Source: Hemiscyllium ocellatum
Taxonomy: Eukaryota
Direction: 5' to 3'
Assembly (NCBI RefSeq): GCF_020745735.1
Contig: NC_083408.1
Location: 44,608,484-44,672,483 of the forward strand
DNA: 64,000 bases
In this document: positions 13,213 through 27,048 of the stretch, one piece after another
How positions within the stretch are numbered: position 1 is the first letter of the stretch
Layout of the letters: each line of letters opens with the position of its first letter
Translations under genes and position numbers: made by a program
The notes under the pieces: generated by a model
Database searches by the model: none
Told to the model about the DNA's origin: nothing
The model's input: only the letters and a program-made list of their open reading frames with translations

Positions 13213-14024
13213 AATGAGAGAGATCTAAATAAATCAGTTATTTTACGTAATGTCAGCAGTTTGACTTTTCTCATATTTAAAAAGGAACACGTTTCGAGCA
13301 CAAGGCTAATTAACCTATGAAATATGATCTGACCATTCTTGGTAAATTCCAAAATCAAAATGAGTGTTTTCATGTTTTTTTATGTTTTATTTTATGTTTT
13401 ACAAATATCATGTGTGAATTGCAATTTGTAGCCATTTGTCTTATTTGTCCAAATAGTGAACTTGAATCATTGTTATCAGTCCATTCCCTAATCACTGACC
13501 TCATCCCTCCACTTAATGATAGAGCAGACTTTTCATAATCTTTGCAACCTGTTCAATTCTAAGATGAACCTCCACCCATATACTTGCTCCCTAACACAAA
13601 GCTGCCAGCTTTCACCTCCATCGTGGTCTCTGGTCCTGTTTCAACTCATCTGCTAAAACTCTCGTTCATTCATTTAGTATCTCTACACTTAACTGAACTA
13701 GTGCTCTCCTGTCAGGACTCCCAAACACAGATCTTGTTCCTGTCACCTCTGCACTTATTGATCTATTTTGGCCTTTTTTAAAAATTTACTTTTCATTTTC
13801 AATCCTATATTCCACGTCCACACACTCTATCTCTCTAAATCCTACAAGAGCTCTGCATGTTTCCCAATACTGGCATCCTGCCTGTTCTATATTTTAATTG
13901 CTCTTCATTGTGGTCTTTCCTTCAGATGCGTTGACACTGAATTCTGGAATTCATGCCCAAGTGCTCATGGACTCTCTTGCTCTCTTCCTCCCTCTCTCCA
14001 TTTAAAGCACATTTTTTTAACCCC

Positions 14025-14318
14025 GGGCAGCACGGTGGCTCAGTGGCTAGCACTGCTGCCTCACAGTGCCAGGGACCCAGGTTCAATTCCAGCCTCGGGC
14101 GACTGTCTATGTGGAGTTTGCACATTCTCCCTGTGTCTGTGTGGGTTTCCTCTGGTGTCCAAAGATGAGTAGGTCAGGTGAATTGGCCATGCTAAATTGC
14201 CCATGGTGTTAGGTGCATTAGTCAGAGGGAAACTGGTCTGAGTGGGTTGCTCTTTGGAGTATCGGTTGGACTTGTTGGGCCGAAGGGCCTGTTTCCACAT
14301 TGCAGGGAATCTAATCTA
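14025..14318 (+). mobile_element. tRNA-derived SINE (HE1/V-SINE-like)
   Basis: A box tggctcagtgg, B box ggttcaattcc, core gtggagtttgcacattctccc, CR1-like tail ggccgaagggcctgtttcc. Confidence 0.88.
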
Positions 14319-14641
14319 TTGCGACAGTCCTGAGATCTTGTGTGAAGTCACATTTTCTTCATTAATATTCCTAAATGTTTTTGGATGTTTTACTACATTA
14401 AAGAATTTAGGTAAATGTAAGTTAATCGGAAGTCTTAATGCTGTAGTGTAATGATGTGTGTAATGAAGTAGAGTTATCTGAGCTACACAAATTTCTGAAA
14501 CATGATGGGATCCTGGGTTCATTATCCTTAATTTCACTAGATAGCTTTTCAACGTACTGGAATGTTTTAGGATTGCCTCTTACAGCAGGAGATTTTGGCC
14601 ATTGTGGTTCATTGTATTGTACTCGTCTTGTTTTGATCCAG

Positions 14642-14721
14642 GTTACATTGATTTGTCAAAGCGCAGAGTTTCACAAGAAGAAACTATAAAATGTGAAGAC
14701 AAATTTACTAAGAGCAAGACT
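14642..14721 (+). CDS. EIF2S1: eIF2-alpha exon 3
   Basis: (G)[26 protein letters not shown]; ccag / gtaagc; 80 nt. Confidence 0.97.
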
Positions 14722-14905
14722 GTAAGCATTCTTTCTTTTTTTTTTAAAACATGTATTTAATACATTGTATGAAAGAATTTAGTATTGTACTGATGGGCTC
14801 CTCAGCAGCAGCAACTGAGTACAGCTGACTATTTTTTTAAAAAGTAACACACTGAAAAGAATGTGCTTTTATGCAGGTTTTTGTGGCAGATACTAATGCA
14901 TAACT

Positions 14906-14939
<34 letters not shown>
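14906..14939. repeat. Compound (TG)n(TA)n microsatellite
   Basis: Direct reading. Confidence 0.9.
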
Positions 14940-15750
14940 CAATATTTGGACATGTTCCTTGACTCTGTTAATGTGACAACGAAGGTAAAGATTTGGTACG
15001 GTAAAGATATTAGCAACATTAGTATTGCCAGTCCTTCCCATAATTGAACCCACATCTGTCGATTTGAGGAGTTTGCTTTTGCTGTGCAGTATCTAGGCAG
15101 ATAATAGTGTAACCAGTGAGCAGTATGACAAAGGAACTTGTACTTTGTTTGAAAGGGACATCGTGATCCTTAAAAGTTCACTCACATATGTGCCTACATT
15201 CTTGCATTAACCCACTTGTGAGAAAAAATGTTGTCCAGTCCTTTAGTCCAGAGTCATGAAGGAAATGTACAGAATAACCATTATAACAATTCAATAATCC
15301 CTTAAATTTAAAAACACTCTGCCTTGTCTAGTTATGTTAAATATGGTTGTTTTTGGTCAGCTTTCATGACTTCCAAGTATTAAGTTGGAGCTTAATGGCA
15401 TCTATTATTGACAAAGTACTTAGCCATGTCTCTTCTGTTTGTATGTGTTTGTCCAAGGACCATGAGCCTCTTTGGACTACCAATTAAACTGGGTACTACT
15501 CTCCCATTAGTGAATTTTTTTTCAGGCAACACTTGATGTCTTTGCAAGAAGGTTATTTCTCACGTGAATGACCCCTTGTAATCAATGAAATAAAACCTAT
15601 TCTCTCAGACTGATATCAGTTACATATGCCAATCTAATACTTGACTCTAATAGATGAAACTAATACTTTTGAATTAACTCTTTTAAAAACCCTGAATCTT
15701 GCACTGAAAAATCTTTCAATTTTATAATAAATACGCTCTAAATATGACAG

Positions 15751-16490
15751 GTAAAAACGATGACTGCAGATGCTGGAAACCAGGGGGCAAAACCTGCGCC
15801 CACACCTCCTCCCTCACCTCCATCCAAGGCCCTAAAGGAGCCTTCCACATCCAAAGTTTTACCTGCACATCCACTAATACCATTTATTGTATCCGTTGCT
15901 CCCGATGCGGTCTCCTCTACATTGGGGAGACTGCACGCCTCCTAGCAGAGCGCTTTAGGGAACATCTCGGGGACACCAGCACCAATCAACCACACTGCCC
16001 TGTGGCCCAACATTTTAACTCCCCCTCCCACTCTGCCAAGGACATGGAAGTCCTGGGCCTCCTTCACCACCGCTCCCTCACCACCAGACACCTGGAGGAA
16101 GAAAGCCTCATCTTCTGCCTCAGAACACTTCAACCCCCAGAGCATCAATGTGGACTTCAACAGTTTCCTCATTTTCCCCTTCCCCCACCTCACCCTAGTT
16201 CCAAACTTCCAGCTCAGCACTGTCCCCATGACTTGTCTTACCTGCCTATCTTCTTTTCCACCTATCCATTCCACCGTCCTCCCTGACCTATCACCTTCAT
16301 CCCCTTCCCTACTCACCTATTGTACTCTATGCTACTTTCTCCCCACCCCCACCCTCCTCTAGCTTATCTCTCCACGCTTTAGGCTCTCTGCCTTTATTCC
16401 TGATGAAGGGCTTTTGCCCAATACATCGATTTTACTGCTCCTCGGATGCTGCCTGAACTGCTGTGCTCTTCCAGCATCGCTAATCCAGAA
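15751..16490 (+). mobile_element. Penelope-like element fragment (Neptune-like GIY-YIG region) with inverted terminal piece
   Basis: IYCIRCSRCGLLYIGETARLLAERFREH; perfect TSD tctaaatatgacag 15737-15750 and 16491-16504; decayed hammerhead at about 16400-16428. Confidence 0.88.
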
Positions 16491-16849
16491 TCTAAATATG
16501 ACAGCCTACTTGGGATTGAACAGATTTAAAATAATCCATCAGTGTATCACTGACGGACTTTTGCATTGTTGAATATGTCTTTCGTGTGATGTTTCATGTA
16601 CATTTCTCTGATTTTTATTTGTGTAGATACAAATTCAAGGCATTGTTCTAAGAATCATGGGGAGTTCTGGTGTCCCCAACAATTAGCACAAATTGATTGC
16701 CACTTTTGACATTTTACAAAGCTCTGATTGCACTTCAGTGGGAATTCATTACTAGGAAGTACTTTGATATCTTTCAAACAATGGTCTATCATTCTAATGA
16801 ATGTTCTTGTATAAGAACAAAGGCACATGTGTTTACTTCTTTTCAACAG

Positions 16850-17001
16850 GTATATAGCATTTTGCGACATGTGGCAGAGGTGCTCGAATATACTAAAGAT
16901 GAACAACTGGACAGTCTGTTTCAGAGAACTGCCTGGGTCTTTGATGAGAAGTACAAGAGGCCTGGATATGGAGCTTATGATGCATTTAAACATGCAGTTT
17001 C
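16850..17001 (+). CDS. EIF2S1: eIF2-alpha exon 4
   Basis: [50 protein letters not shown](S); aacag / gtaaga; 152 nt. Confidence 0.97.
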
Positions 17002-17429
17002 GTAAGAAATAATTTAGTTGTACTTCATTGAAGAGGCGGGAGATTTGGAGAAGTTCCTCATAAAATTGATTTATATTAAAACTTATTTTGCAGACCAACT
17101 GATATAGTGTGTTTAAGGACTCCAGGCTAAACCCTTACCAAGAGAATCCTGCTACCTGTATTAGGGCTTGCTGTTGAGAGCCCTGTTCTAAGCTGAATTA
17201 GTTATCACGTAACTTTTCCAGAAGTATAAAAAATTTAATAGGATAAGCATGTATCCTATTAACACTGTAGCTGTGCCAAAGAAATCTAATTTAGCGTTCA
17301 ACTCATCTGAAGCAACTTGGTTGCCACTTGATGGCAGCAGTTCCATTCTTTATTGACCGGATGCAATTAAATTGGAGAATTTTAAGTGGAATGTACCTTT
17401 CTTATGACACCAACTCACTTAATCAGGGA

Positions 17430-17760
17430 ATGTGATGGTGTAGTGGTAATGTTACTAGGCTGGTAACCCAGATCCGAGGACTAATGTCCCAGGGACAGCA
17501 GTTCAAATCACAGCACAGTGAAATGTGAATTGAATAAAATCTGAAACCAAAGCCAGCCTAATAGTACTTGTTTAACCATTGTCCTGTCTGGTTCACTTTT
17601 TCGTACCTCATCTGATTTAGCCTACATGTGATTCCAGACCACTGCAATATTATTTACTTTTAATTGCCCTCTGGAAAACCATGGAGAACCAAGCAGTGTA
17701 GGACAATTAAGGATGGGTATCAAATACCAGCCTTGATAGTGATATCAACTTCCCAATTCT
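17430..17760 (+). mobile_element. Second tRNA-derived SINE family (other copies at about 35267-35525, 44180-44480 and 43220-43370)
   Basis: gtagtggtaatgttact head, gttcaaatc B box, ctggttcact..ctacatgtgattccagacc core. Confidence 0.7.
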
Positions 17761-18671
17761 AAACAAAAATTTGAGCTGAATTTACGCAATAGCTTGGCTT
17801 TTCAAAATGTTTCAATGCATTCAAATAACACATTGCATCTGAGTACCATTAGTAACTTATATTTTATCAATTTACAGATTTTTTTTGAGTTTTTCATGCC
17901 GGCATTGAAATGCTTCTTCAATGCTAGGCCTGAAATTAAAGTTCCATTTCAGTACTCCCTCCGTAACTCATTCTTACCAAGTACATTATCTAGAATTTTG
18001 AATTATATTGATTTTAAGTTTGGTTTTGAAATTTTAAATTCACATTAAGTGTCATTCAGTAATGCTACTATATAGTAAACCAACTGCCATAAATTAATAT
18101 GCAGTGTTAAAAGGGTAGAATCACCTTAGTCTTACCACTGCACTGTCTTAGAGAACGATGACGGGTGTTAGTTTAACACAAGGGGCACCATTCCTCAGGC
18201 AAGGGGAAAGGTTGAGAAGGAGAGCCTTTCATGGTAACCTCAGTTGGTGTGGGAATTGAACCCACGGTGTTGTCATCACCTTGCCATTTAGGCATCCAGC
18301 CTTATCATCTTCCTGCAGTCTTAAAAGAGAGTAAGTTATGATGCAAGTTAAACATGATCCAATAAAATGATTGAACAGATTTCAATGGCCTATTTTTATG
18401 TTGCCATTAGGTTTTTTTTTATTTTTTAATTATTTAGAATCATCAGAAATTTATGGCACAAAAAAAGTCCAATGAACTGATCTGGTCCGTTCTAGTCTGT
18501 TATTGTAGGTACTGATAATTTGAAGGATCTCAGCTTGCCATGTGGATTCTTTAGACAAAATCAGCAGTAATTTTGCATCAAAGAGGAGACTCCACACTTT
18601 TTTTTTAAAAATGATGTGAAATATCTGGTGAAGTTCAGAGAAAAATAAAATATTGTATAAATACTCAACCC

Positions 18672-19603
18672 CAGAGCATCTCAAGAATTCTTCACAATAA
18701 TGTCCTCAGCCTAACTGTCCTCAGCTGTTCCATCTGTGGCCTTTCTTCCATTTCTAAAGTCAGAAGGGGTGTTGTTCATTGATTGTTAAATGTTCATTGC
18801 CAGTTATGGTTCCTCTGATACTTAAAAACACTTTATCTGTTTACAGCAAGACCTGGGCAAAACCACAGTGCAAAGCTAAGTTCCAAGCAGTGACCCCCTT
18901 CCAACAAGAGAGAAACTGACCATTACACTTGATGTTCAATGGCATTACCATTATTCAGTCATCAATATCTTGGGACTTTGACCAGAAGTTGAACTGGGCC
19001 AGTCTTACCAATACTATAGTGACAAGAATAGGTCAGAGGAGAGAAATCCTGCAGTGAGTAAGTCATGTCCTGTCCCCCCCAAAGTCTGTATTCCGACTAC
19101 AAGATAGAATCTGGAGTGTTAAAGAATAGTCTCCACTTTCTCAGTTCAGTGCAACTCCAACAATGCTCTAAGCTTGATACCTTCCAGGACAAAGCAGCCC
19201 ACTTGATTGGCATCCTATCCACCACCTACAACATTGACTCCCTTCACTGATGCACTAGCAGCAGTGTGTGCTATCCACAATACACACTGCAGTAATCCAC
19301 TAATGCATCTTTGACAGCAGCTTCCAAATTCGCAACCTCAACCACTTAGAAATTAAAGGGCAACAGTTGGGAGCACCACTACCTGCAAGTTGCCTGTGAG
19401 CCACACGTAATCCTGACTTGCATATTGCTGTTGGATCAAATTCCTGGAACTGCCTTCCTGACAGTTCTGTGGGTGTCCCTCCATCCCAAAGATGGTGCAG
19501 TGGTTCAAAAAGGTTTCTTTTTTTGAATCACTGCCTTCTCCTGGACCATTGAGGATGGACAATAACTACTGATTTCCATCGCCTTCAGATGAATTAATTA
19601 AAA
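18672..19603 (+). mobile_element. 3' fragment of the same second LINE family
   Basis: KLDTFQDKAAHLIG, homologous to 42780-42830. Confidence 0.7.
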
Positions 19604-20385
19604 AGCATGGCTTTCCATTGTGTCTTGTTTAAGATAAGTCAGACATTGAATTTAAGTCTGTTTGTTTTCCTGTAATTAAATTGATCGTGTCTGAAGGTAA
19701 TTTCAAACATTCTGGCTTCATTCAACCCAGTGCCTCCAATAAGTTATCCCTAATGTACATTCCTAGATAGTAACTATTAGTACCTTGTCACACCAGTATC
19801 TTACAAAAGGCTAATCTTATAATCTTATTTGGCAGATGCCATTCCAGTCAGGTCAGTAGATTGTGAATAGGTGCAGCAAGACATCTCTCTTTCCACCTCT
19901 GAACACATGTGCACACCTTTTAAATGTTTCCAGACCAGTAACCATGAGAGTAATTGTAAAATCGTACTGCTGTTGAGTTGGGATCCATTAATTCCCGACA
20001 GATGAAGGATTTCCAAGGTCTTCCTGGTATGTATAGACAGTCCCTTGGTTCCATTGATGAGTTCATTCACAAGTCAATTAGCACAAAATTCTGAACAAAA
20101 TGAAGGACAATATTAAGTAGACGAAATGATCATATGCTGGACCTTTAAACCATTGTATAACATCACATTTGTAAATCAGGGACCCCCTGTATATAACAAA
20201 TTTGTTGTGACACCATGGAAATTTCCTGCATGTTCAGTTCTTTCACCTTCAAGCTTGCCTTTCTTCCTCATCCATGTAAAGTTGAGGTTTTGTCATCTGA
20301 CTCTTCTCTTTGCAACAATATGCAGACAGTCTTATGTTGGTTTCTTCATTATACACATAATTTGCTGTTTTTGTCCCCCCAACAG

Positions 20386-20492
20386 AGACCCTACAATTCT
20401 TGACAGTCTCGACTTGACAGAAGAAGAGCGGGGAGTATTACTGGAAAATATCAGACGACGTCTCACTCCACAGGCTGTTAAAATTAGAGCAG
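20386..20492 (+). CDS. EIF2S1: eIF2-alpha exon 5
   Basis: [35 protein letters not shown](D); aacag / gtgtgt; 107 nt. Confidence 0.97.
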
Positions 20493-23249
20493 GTGTGTCT
20501 AATGTAATTGTGCAGTGTATTCAGAACTGTCAAAATGATGCAAGCTGAGTCGGATATATCAAAAACTACATGTCCATTATATTTGCTAATCATTCTGGAA
20601 CACAGATGTATTAAGACAGTACCAGCATTCTCTCTTGTCCTCCTACTCCTTGGAGAAAGTAATGATTTTCTAGTGGCTGGTTGTCTTCCTGAGCTTGAAT
20701 AATGATTGCTGTATGGTCTGGGGCACGTAAAGAGATGATTCAACATGTAACTTAATCACAACATTAACTATAATGATCATGCTTCTATCAAACATTTTAA
20801 GGTTTGTTTGTAAAGACCATAAGAAAAGATCAGCATACTTTTGATCGCATGCAATTTAATGTTCATTCTCCTTTCTTCCCTACCAAGTTGTCTGCCTTCA
20901 GTTTCACAGACTACAATATCATTTATTTTCTAGGCTTTGAATCCTCACCGCCAAGTTAATTAATGTCAAGTTTCTAGTAGATTGTTTAAAATTTTATTTT
21001 AATGCTATTGTTGGTTGGACTTTGACCCTGGACTTTGAAACTGTCGATTATGGTAATTTATTTAAACTTAAATTCGGTTAAATATTGTTAAGTAGGGCAA
21101 GTAAATCAGTTTATTGTTGTCTCGGTCACTTTAGTTGGCTTCCTCTTACTATGTACAAAGCATCTTCTTTTACCGCCTGAGAGTACTGCACAGGTACACG
21201 AGGCCTGTGTTTTGTGTGTGTGTCTGTGTGCACGCACATTTAAAATATGTAGTTTTGCAACATCAGAGAGAACCAAACTCTGGATATGGTTCAGTTCTGA
21301 CCTGGCTTCAAATATATTGCTATTCCCCATCACCAAAAATCAGTCAGCTACCACTTAATTAAATATTTACATAAGAGAAGTAAGATTGTAGAACACATAT
21401 TGACTGATGGGGAATTAATTCTGCAATTAATGCAGAATCCCTTGATTGATAGATGATATCCTATGGAGAGAAAGGAAAATGAGCTGATTTCAGAATGAGG
21501 TTTCCTTGTTGACTATACTATACACCATGCATTCTGTCTACCTTTTCGGCAAACCTTTTTTATTTTTTTTTTGTCAGTCAACTATTTTTGCTTTTTATGT
21601 CAGTTTTATTGCACAGTATTTGCAAAACAGAAGCAGGCCATTCAGCCCAATGAGTGATGTTTGTTACACATGAGCCCCCTCCAGTTCTCCTTCAGTTAAA
21701 CTTGTTGGTGTACCTTATTTCTTTCTCCATTTTATCAGCTAGTTTCTATGCCTCTACTAGTTACTTCATCTGCACCTTGTAGCTGAAGACTTCACATTCA
21801 GTTGAGGTTTCTGGTTCTACCCTCCAGCTCATGAGAGATTGTCTGTCTGTGGCTTAATCATTTAAGTCCTTTTGATCTCTCTTGGGTCATCCTTCAGCTT
21901 TGTTTTCTAGAGAAATAAATCTCAGCCTGTTCTGTCATTTTTAATATATATAACCTCTCAGCTCTACCATCAGTCTAACAAATCTTGTGCACCTTCTGTG
22001 CTTTCATATCAGTTTTATACTGTGGAGAGCTGTTTCGTAGTACATGAGAGTATAGAAAGCACGAGTAAGCTATTCTGCCCCAGGGGGCTGCTTTGTCTTG
22101 AGTAAGATATTGGCTGATAAGATTGCAGCCCTAACTTCCAGTTGCCTGCCTGCTATTTCTGGAGTCATCAGAAAAGTTGAAGATTTTACCAAAGTGAACA
22201 AAATTTTGCAATTTGCCTGTCTTTTTAGACCCAGTTTGATAGCTAGTTATTGACTGTCTTTACTAATGAAAGAAGTGCCTTCCTATCCACCCTGTCTTTG
22301 CCTGATTATATCTTGCAGATCTCTATCACCTCCCCCCTTAAACTTAATTACTTCGAGGAAAATAACCCCAACCAATCCAATTGTTCCTCATAGCTTAGGC
22401 CCTCTAGCCCACATAGTATCATGTAAATCTCCTCTGCACTGTCATTAGTGTAATTGCGATCTCCCTTTTAATGTGTTGACTAGACTTATGGACCTATGTT
22501 TTGTACAGTTCCTGTGTAGCCTTTTTTTTCAATCTTGTAATCTGTGCTTGGGCTAATAAAGATAAGTGTCTTATGGGCTTTCGTAGTAATCTTTACTATT
22601 TGACCCATCACCTTCAGGCACCTGTGTTCCTGTATCTCATTGCTGTTCTCCTCTGTATTAAGTATACAATTTGGTGCTGTCAGTAAATCTTGAAATGGCA
22701 CTACTGAGTCCAAATGAAATATGTAAATGGTAAATAACAATGATCCTAGCACCAAATCCTGTGACTTGCCTGTTTCCACCTTCTGCCAATCTGAATAACC
22801 ATGTTTTACTTCTTATTCAGTTTAATGTTTCGCAACCAGCTACTGTTCGTTCTGCTACTGTTGTCCTAATTCTGTACGTTCTGACCGTATTCCTGAATTT
22901 GATTTGAAATACCTTACCTTGTTTTTTTTGGCAGTTTTAATTACTTTGCTAGCCTATCATGCTTTTAAGTAGTTTGTTTACTTGTGTCCGTAGATCATGT
23001 GCTCTTCTACACAGTTCAGTTTCTGATTTTCAAAAGATGTGGATGACCTTTTTTAGTCAAAGTGCTTCACTTCATATTTATCTATATTCAAAGTCAGTTT
23101 GCTAGTTAACTGTCTAGTCTGTGGTATTTCTCTTGTCTAATTCGTTTGGAAGATCATGTGTAGTTGCATCTTTTCTTCAACAGAGAGTTCCTTACTTTGT
23201 ACTTCAAGACTCGCTTAAGATTTTCAATTATATTTTTGTCTTCAACCAG

Positions 23250-23347
23250 ATATTGAAGTTGCATGTTATGGATACGAAGGTATTGATGCTGTCAAAGAGG
23301 CACTTAGAGCTGGTCTAGACTGTTCTACTGAACTGATGCCCATTAAG
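23250..23347 (+). CDS. EIF2S1: eIF2-alpha exon 6
   Basis: (D)[32 protein letters not shown]; accag / gtgagc; 98 nt. Confidence 0.97.
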
Positions 23348-23670
23348 GTGAGCGTTCAGATGATAAAGCGTTTTCCAGTAGTTGTGGCTCAATCCGATAT
23401 TCGTGCCGCCTTCTTGCAAATGACTACAAGATCCCTTTTTTTTTTGGAAATAAAAACAGGATCAGTTCAAAATGTTTGCATTCTCTGAATCTTGAGGTCT
23501 GCCTAATTTTGTCTTCTCTACTGAGCAAAGTTTGGCTGACTGATTTGACTGTAATCTTAATGACTGGGCAGTATTCATTATATAATGATGATGAGTTATA
23601 TAAGACCACTTGAGTTGTTAAGAATATATTCATTTGTTCAGATTTATTTTTCTTGGATATGTTTGACTCC

Positions 23671-23914
23671 GTGCTTGGGAGCCTCCTGTGAAGCGCTTCT
23701 GTGATGTTTCCTCCGGCAGTAATGGTGGCTTGTCTCTGCCGCTTCCGGTTGTCGGTTTTTGCTGTCCGCTGCAGTGGCCAGAAGCGCTTCACAGGAGGCT
23801 CCCAAGCACTGAGGATGTCACCTAGACAGGGGACGAAACGTTTGCAACACAAACTCCCAGCTCGCGAACAGAACCACAACAACGAGCACCCGAGCTACAA
23901 ATATTCTCCCAAAC
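23671..23914 (+). mobile_element. Short Poseidon/Penelope-like insertion with inverted arm
   Basis: TSD tatg(t/g)ttgactcc 23658-23670 and 23915-23927; perfect 30-bp inverted repeat 23671-23700 / 23780-23809; end homologous to the 28.3-30.3 kb element. Confidence 0.85.
23806..23845 (+). ncRNA. Minimal type I hammerhead ribozyme motif (PLE-associated)
   Basis: gca-CTGAGGA-t-GTCaCCT-agac-AGGgGAC-GAAA-CG-TT-tgc: core boxes, stem II, palindromic AACGTT helix III, GUU triplet, 3-bp stem I. Confidence 0.75.
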
Positions 23915-24299
23915 TATGGTTGACTCCATTATGCAATCTCAAGTAGACTAAAATAAACAGTGGGAAAATGTTTTTAAAGCAACAACTCAGAATGCTCCAC
24001 CTTAAATACATTCTATTTTAAAAAAAACAAAAAAAATCATTTCTTACTAGACAATTTAATACTATTAAGTTAACAGAAAAAGTTTACAATGTTCCCAAGA
24101 GTAGTAGTAAGCTTGAGAATTGGTAGGGTTTTAGAAATTTGTAAAATGACAGTTGATGACCTAAGCAAGGAAGGAAGGAAAGAATGAGACCAAATTTAGG
24201 TAGAAAAATGGTAACAAGATTGTTAGTATATGAAAAGGAGAGTTATTATGATAAACATTGATCAGTTTTAGAGACACTGACAAGAAAAAGTGTCATGAA

Positions 24300-26450
24300 A
24301 AATAAGAAAACGGCTGAGGTTTTGAAAAAGTATTTTGTATCTTCCTTCTTAATAATACATATGTCTGATACAAGTGGTGGGGTTTTGAGGGCAAATAAGA
24401 TGGTAATTGATACCAAAATAGAGATCGTGTTGTAGAAGCCTGAGGGAATAGAAGCTGACGAACATGCCACAACTATTTTAATCACCCTATAAAATGTAAC
24501 AGCGAGCTCAGAGGTGGTGACTGTAATTACTTTGATTTCTGAAAATTCCAATATTTCATAAAAGTCCCCAGTGATCGAAAGCTAGAAAATGTGAATCCTC
24601 GCCCAATACAGAAAAGGTGAAGAGAAAATGAGGATTTACAGGCCATTTAGCTAATAGCAGACTTCAGAGAACTGCAATAATCACTTATTAGGCAGTATTA
24701 TCAATGCTCTTAGAAAGTTACAGTATGATCAAAGTCATGTCTTCATGAAATGAAATTTGCATTAAACAAATTTTAAGTATGTAACTAGTTCAGTAAATGG
24801 TAGGAGTCAGCAAGTTCAGTTTAGTTTAAATTTCCAAAAGAGATTCAATAAGCTGCCATAGGAAATGTTCAGATGTACAGATGGAGGATTGGTTAATATC
24901 CCGATAGAGTCGGGATAAATTGGGAATTTTTAAGTTGGCTAACTGCGCTTAGTGCAGTGCCCCAAAGATTAGTGCTTGTGCTCAGAGTAGTGTCAAAATT
25001 GCTGGTTGATCCAAAGTTGTAAGCTGAAAGAAGGATACCAAGAGCAAAAAGATTTGACAGTTTAAGTCGGTGAACAACATATGATATGGGTAACATTGAG
25101 TTTGAGAAATTTGGATGTACTTGTACAAGAAGCATGTTCAGGCAGGTGCATCTGGTCATTTGGAAGGCAAATGATATGTTGCTCAAGTATTGGAAAATGA
25201 AGTAATTTCTACAGTTATTAGAAGGCTTTTGTGAGACAACACCAGAGTCCGGTGCACAGTTTTGGTCCCTATATGTAAGAAAGAATATACTTAATTTTGG
25301 AAGTGTTACACTGAAGGCTTATTTCATTGGTTTCCTGATATGAGAGATTTGTCAAATGAGATCTTGTGTGAATTGGGCCTTGTGAAGATTAGAAGATTGA
25401 GAGTTGAAACAACAAGATTCTGAAGGAGGGTTGATAGGGTAAACAGAGGTTGTTTTCCATGGCAGGGAATCTGGGACATTGTGTCACGGCTTTGGGATGA
25501 AGTGTCGATCTTATAGGACAGAGATGAACAGTTTCTTCAGTTGGAGGGTTGTGAATCTTTGAAATTGTCTATACCTGAGAGCTGTTCTTTTACTGAAAGT
25601 AACTAAAGTTAAATTGATTAGCTCTTTGACCTCAGGAGAATAGACACAATGGACTAAAAGGTTATATTAACACATGGACTTTTTGGGCTAGCATAAAATT
25701 AGAATTCAAAGAAATCAATATCTTTAGTTTCCAATCATCCATTAAACTTAAAGCCACAACACACAAGAGTTGTAGATAATTTGGAGCATGGAAGGAGGCC
25801 CTTCAGTCCAAAGTTTCCATGCTGGTCGTCAAACATCTATTCTAATCCCATTTTCCAGCACTTGGTTTGTAGCCTTGTATGCTATGTGTTTCGACTGTGA
25901 TCTAAATAGTTGTTAAGTGTCTTGCGGGTTCCTGACCTGACCACTCTTTTAGGGAGCAAGTTAGAAATACCCATAAGCCTGTGTTTTTTTAAAAAAAAAG
26001 CTCAAATTCCCACTAAACTTCCTGCACCTTAGCTTAAAACTGTGTCCCTTTTGTTATTGATCTCTCTGTCCCACCTATGCTCCTCAAAAACTTTTACACC
26101 TCAGTCAGATCCCCATCAGCCTTCTCTGCACTGAGGAAAACTAACCCCAGCCTATTTAGTCTCTCTTCATAGCTAAATCTCTCCAGCCCAGGAATATTCT
26201 GGGGAATCTTTTACAGTCCATCTCACGCAATCACATCCTTCCTATGTGTGGGATATATCCATTCCTTTCTATGGTGATTGAACTACACACAGTACTCCAG
26301 CTGTGGCACAGCTAATGTTATATGCAGCTCCATCATAACCCCCTTGCTCTTGCATTCAGTATCTTGTTTAAGAAAGGAGAGTATTCCATATGTCGTCTTA
26401 ACCACCGTACCTATCTGTCCCGTTGACTTCAATGACCTATTGACATGCAC
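24300..26450. mobile_element. Cluster of highly decayed CR1 fragments (plus to about 25620, minus about 25780-26450)
   Basis: Degenerate CR1 ORF2 motifs; boundaries approximate. Confidence 0.5.
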
Positions 26451-26841
26451 ACTGTCTCTCTCAACCCCGAGGAAACAGGATCAATCATTCAACACGTCCT
26501 CCCAAAATGGACACCACGATATTCAAATTGGCGCAGGAAAGCAGACGTATCAAAGAAATAATTTTCTCTTTCTTTCTTCCCCCTTTAAAATAATAGACAC
26601 TAAAAGTCATCACCCGAATGCATTTCCCCAGTTTGGTGAGATGACAGCAAATGTATTTCTATCATACTTCCAACAAAAGTGGAAGCTGTTGAGCAGCAAC
26701 TACCAACCTTTTTTTTACTACATGACCAATCTCAATCTCCTATTTAAATTTGCCATACTCATTACATGTAGCATTTACATCTTTTCCTCATATATCTTTT
26801 ATCATGGACAGCATCTTTAAACTTGAGATTCTGAATTTATC

Positions 26842-27048
26842 GAGTATGGTGCTGGAAAAGCACAGCAGGTCAGGCAGCATCCAAGAAGCAGGGGAATCGA
26901 CGTTTCAGGCATAACCCCTTCCTGATGAAGGGCTTATGCTCAAAACATCAATTATTGTGCTCCTCAGATGCTGCCTGATCTGTGCTTTTCCAGCACCACA
27001 CTCTCGACTCTGATCTCCAGCATCTGCAGTCCTCACTTTCTCCTCTCG
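26842..27048. mobile_element. Short PLE-terminus insertion forming a hairpin of two back-to-back ends
   Basis: TSD ttct(g/a)aatttatc 26829-26841 and 27049-27061; arms meet at about 26920 within two hammerhead-derived sequences. Confidence 0.78.

Noticed and set aside
14025-14100. tRNA genes
   Set aside because: A/B boxes are SINE heads followed by SINE cores; no complete cloverleaf found
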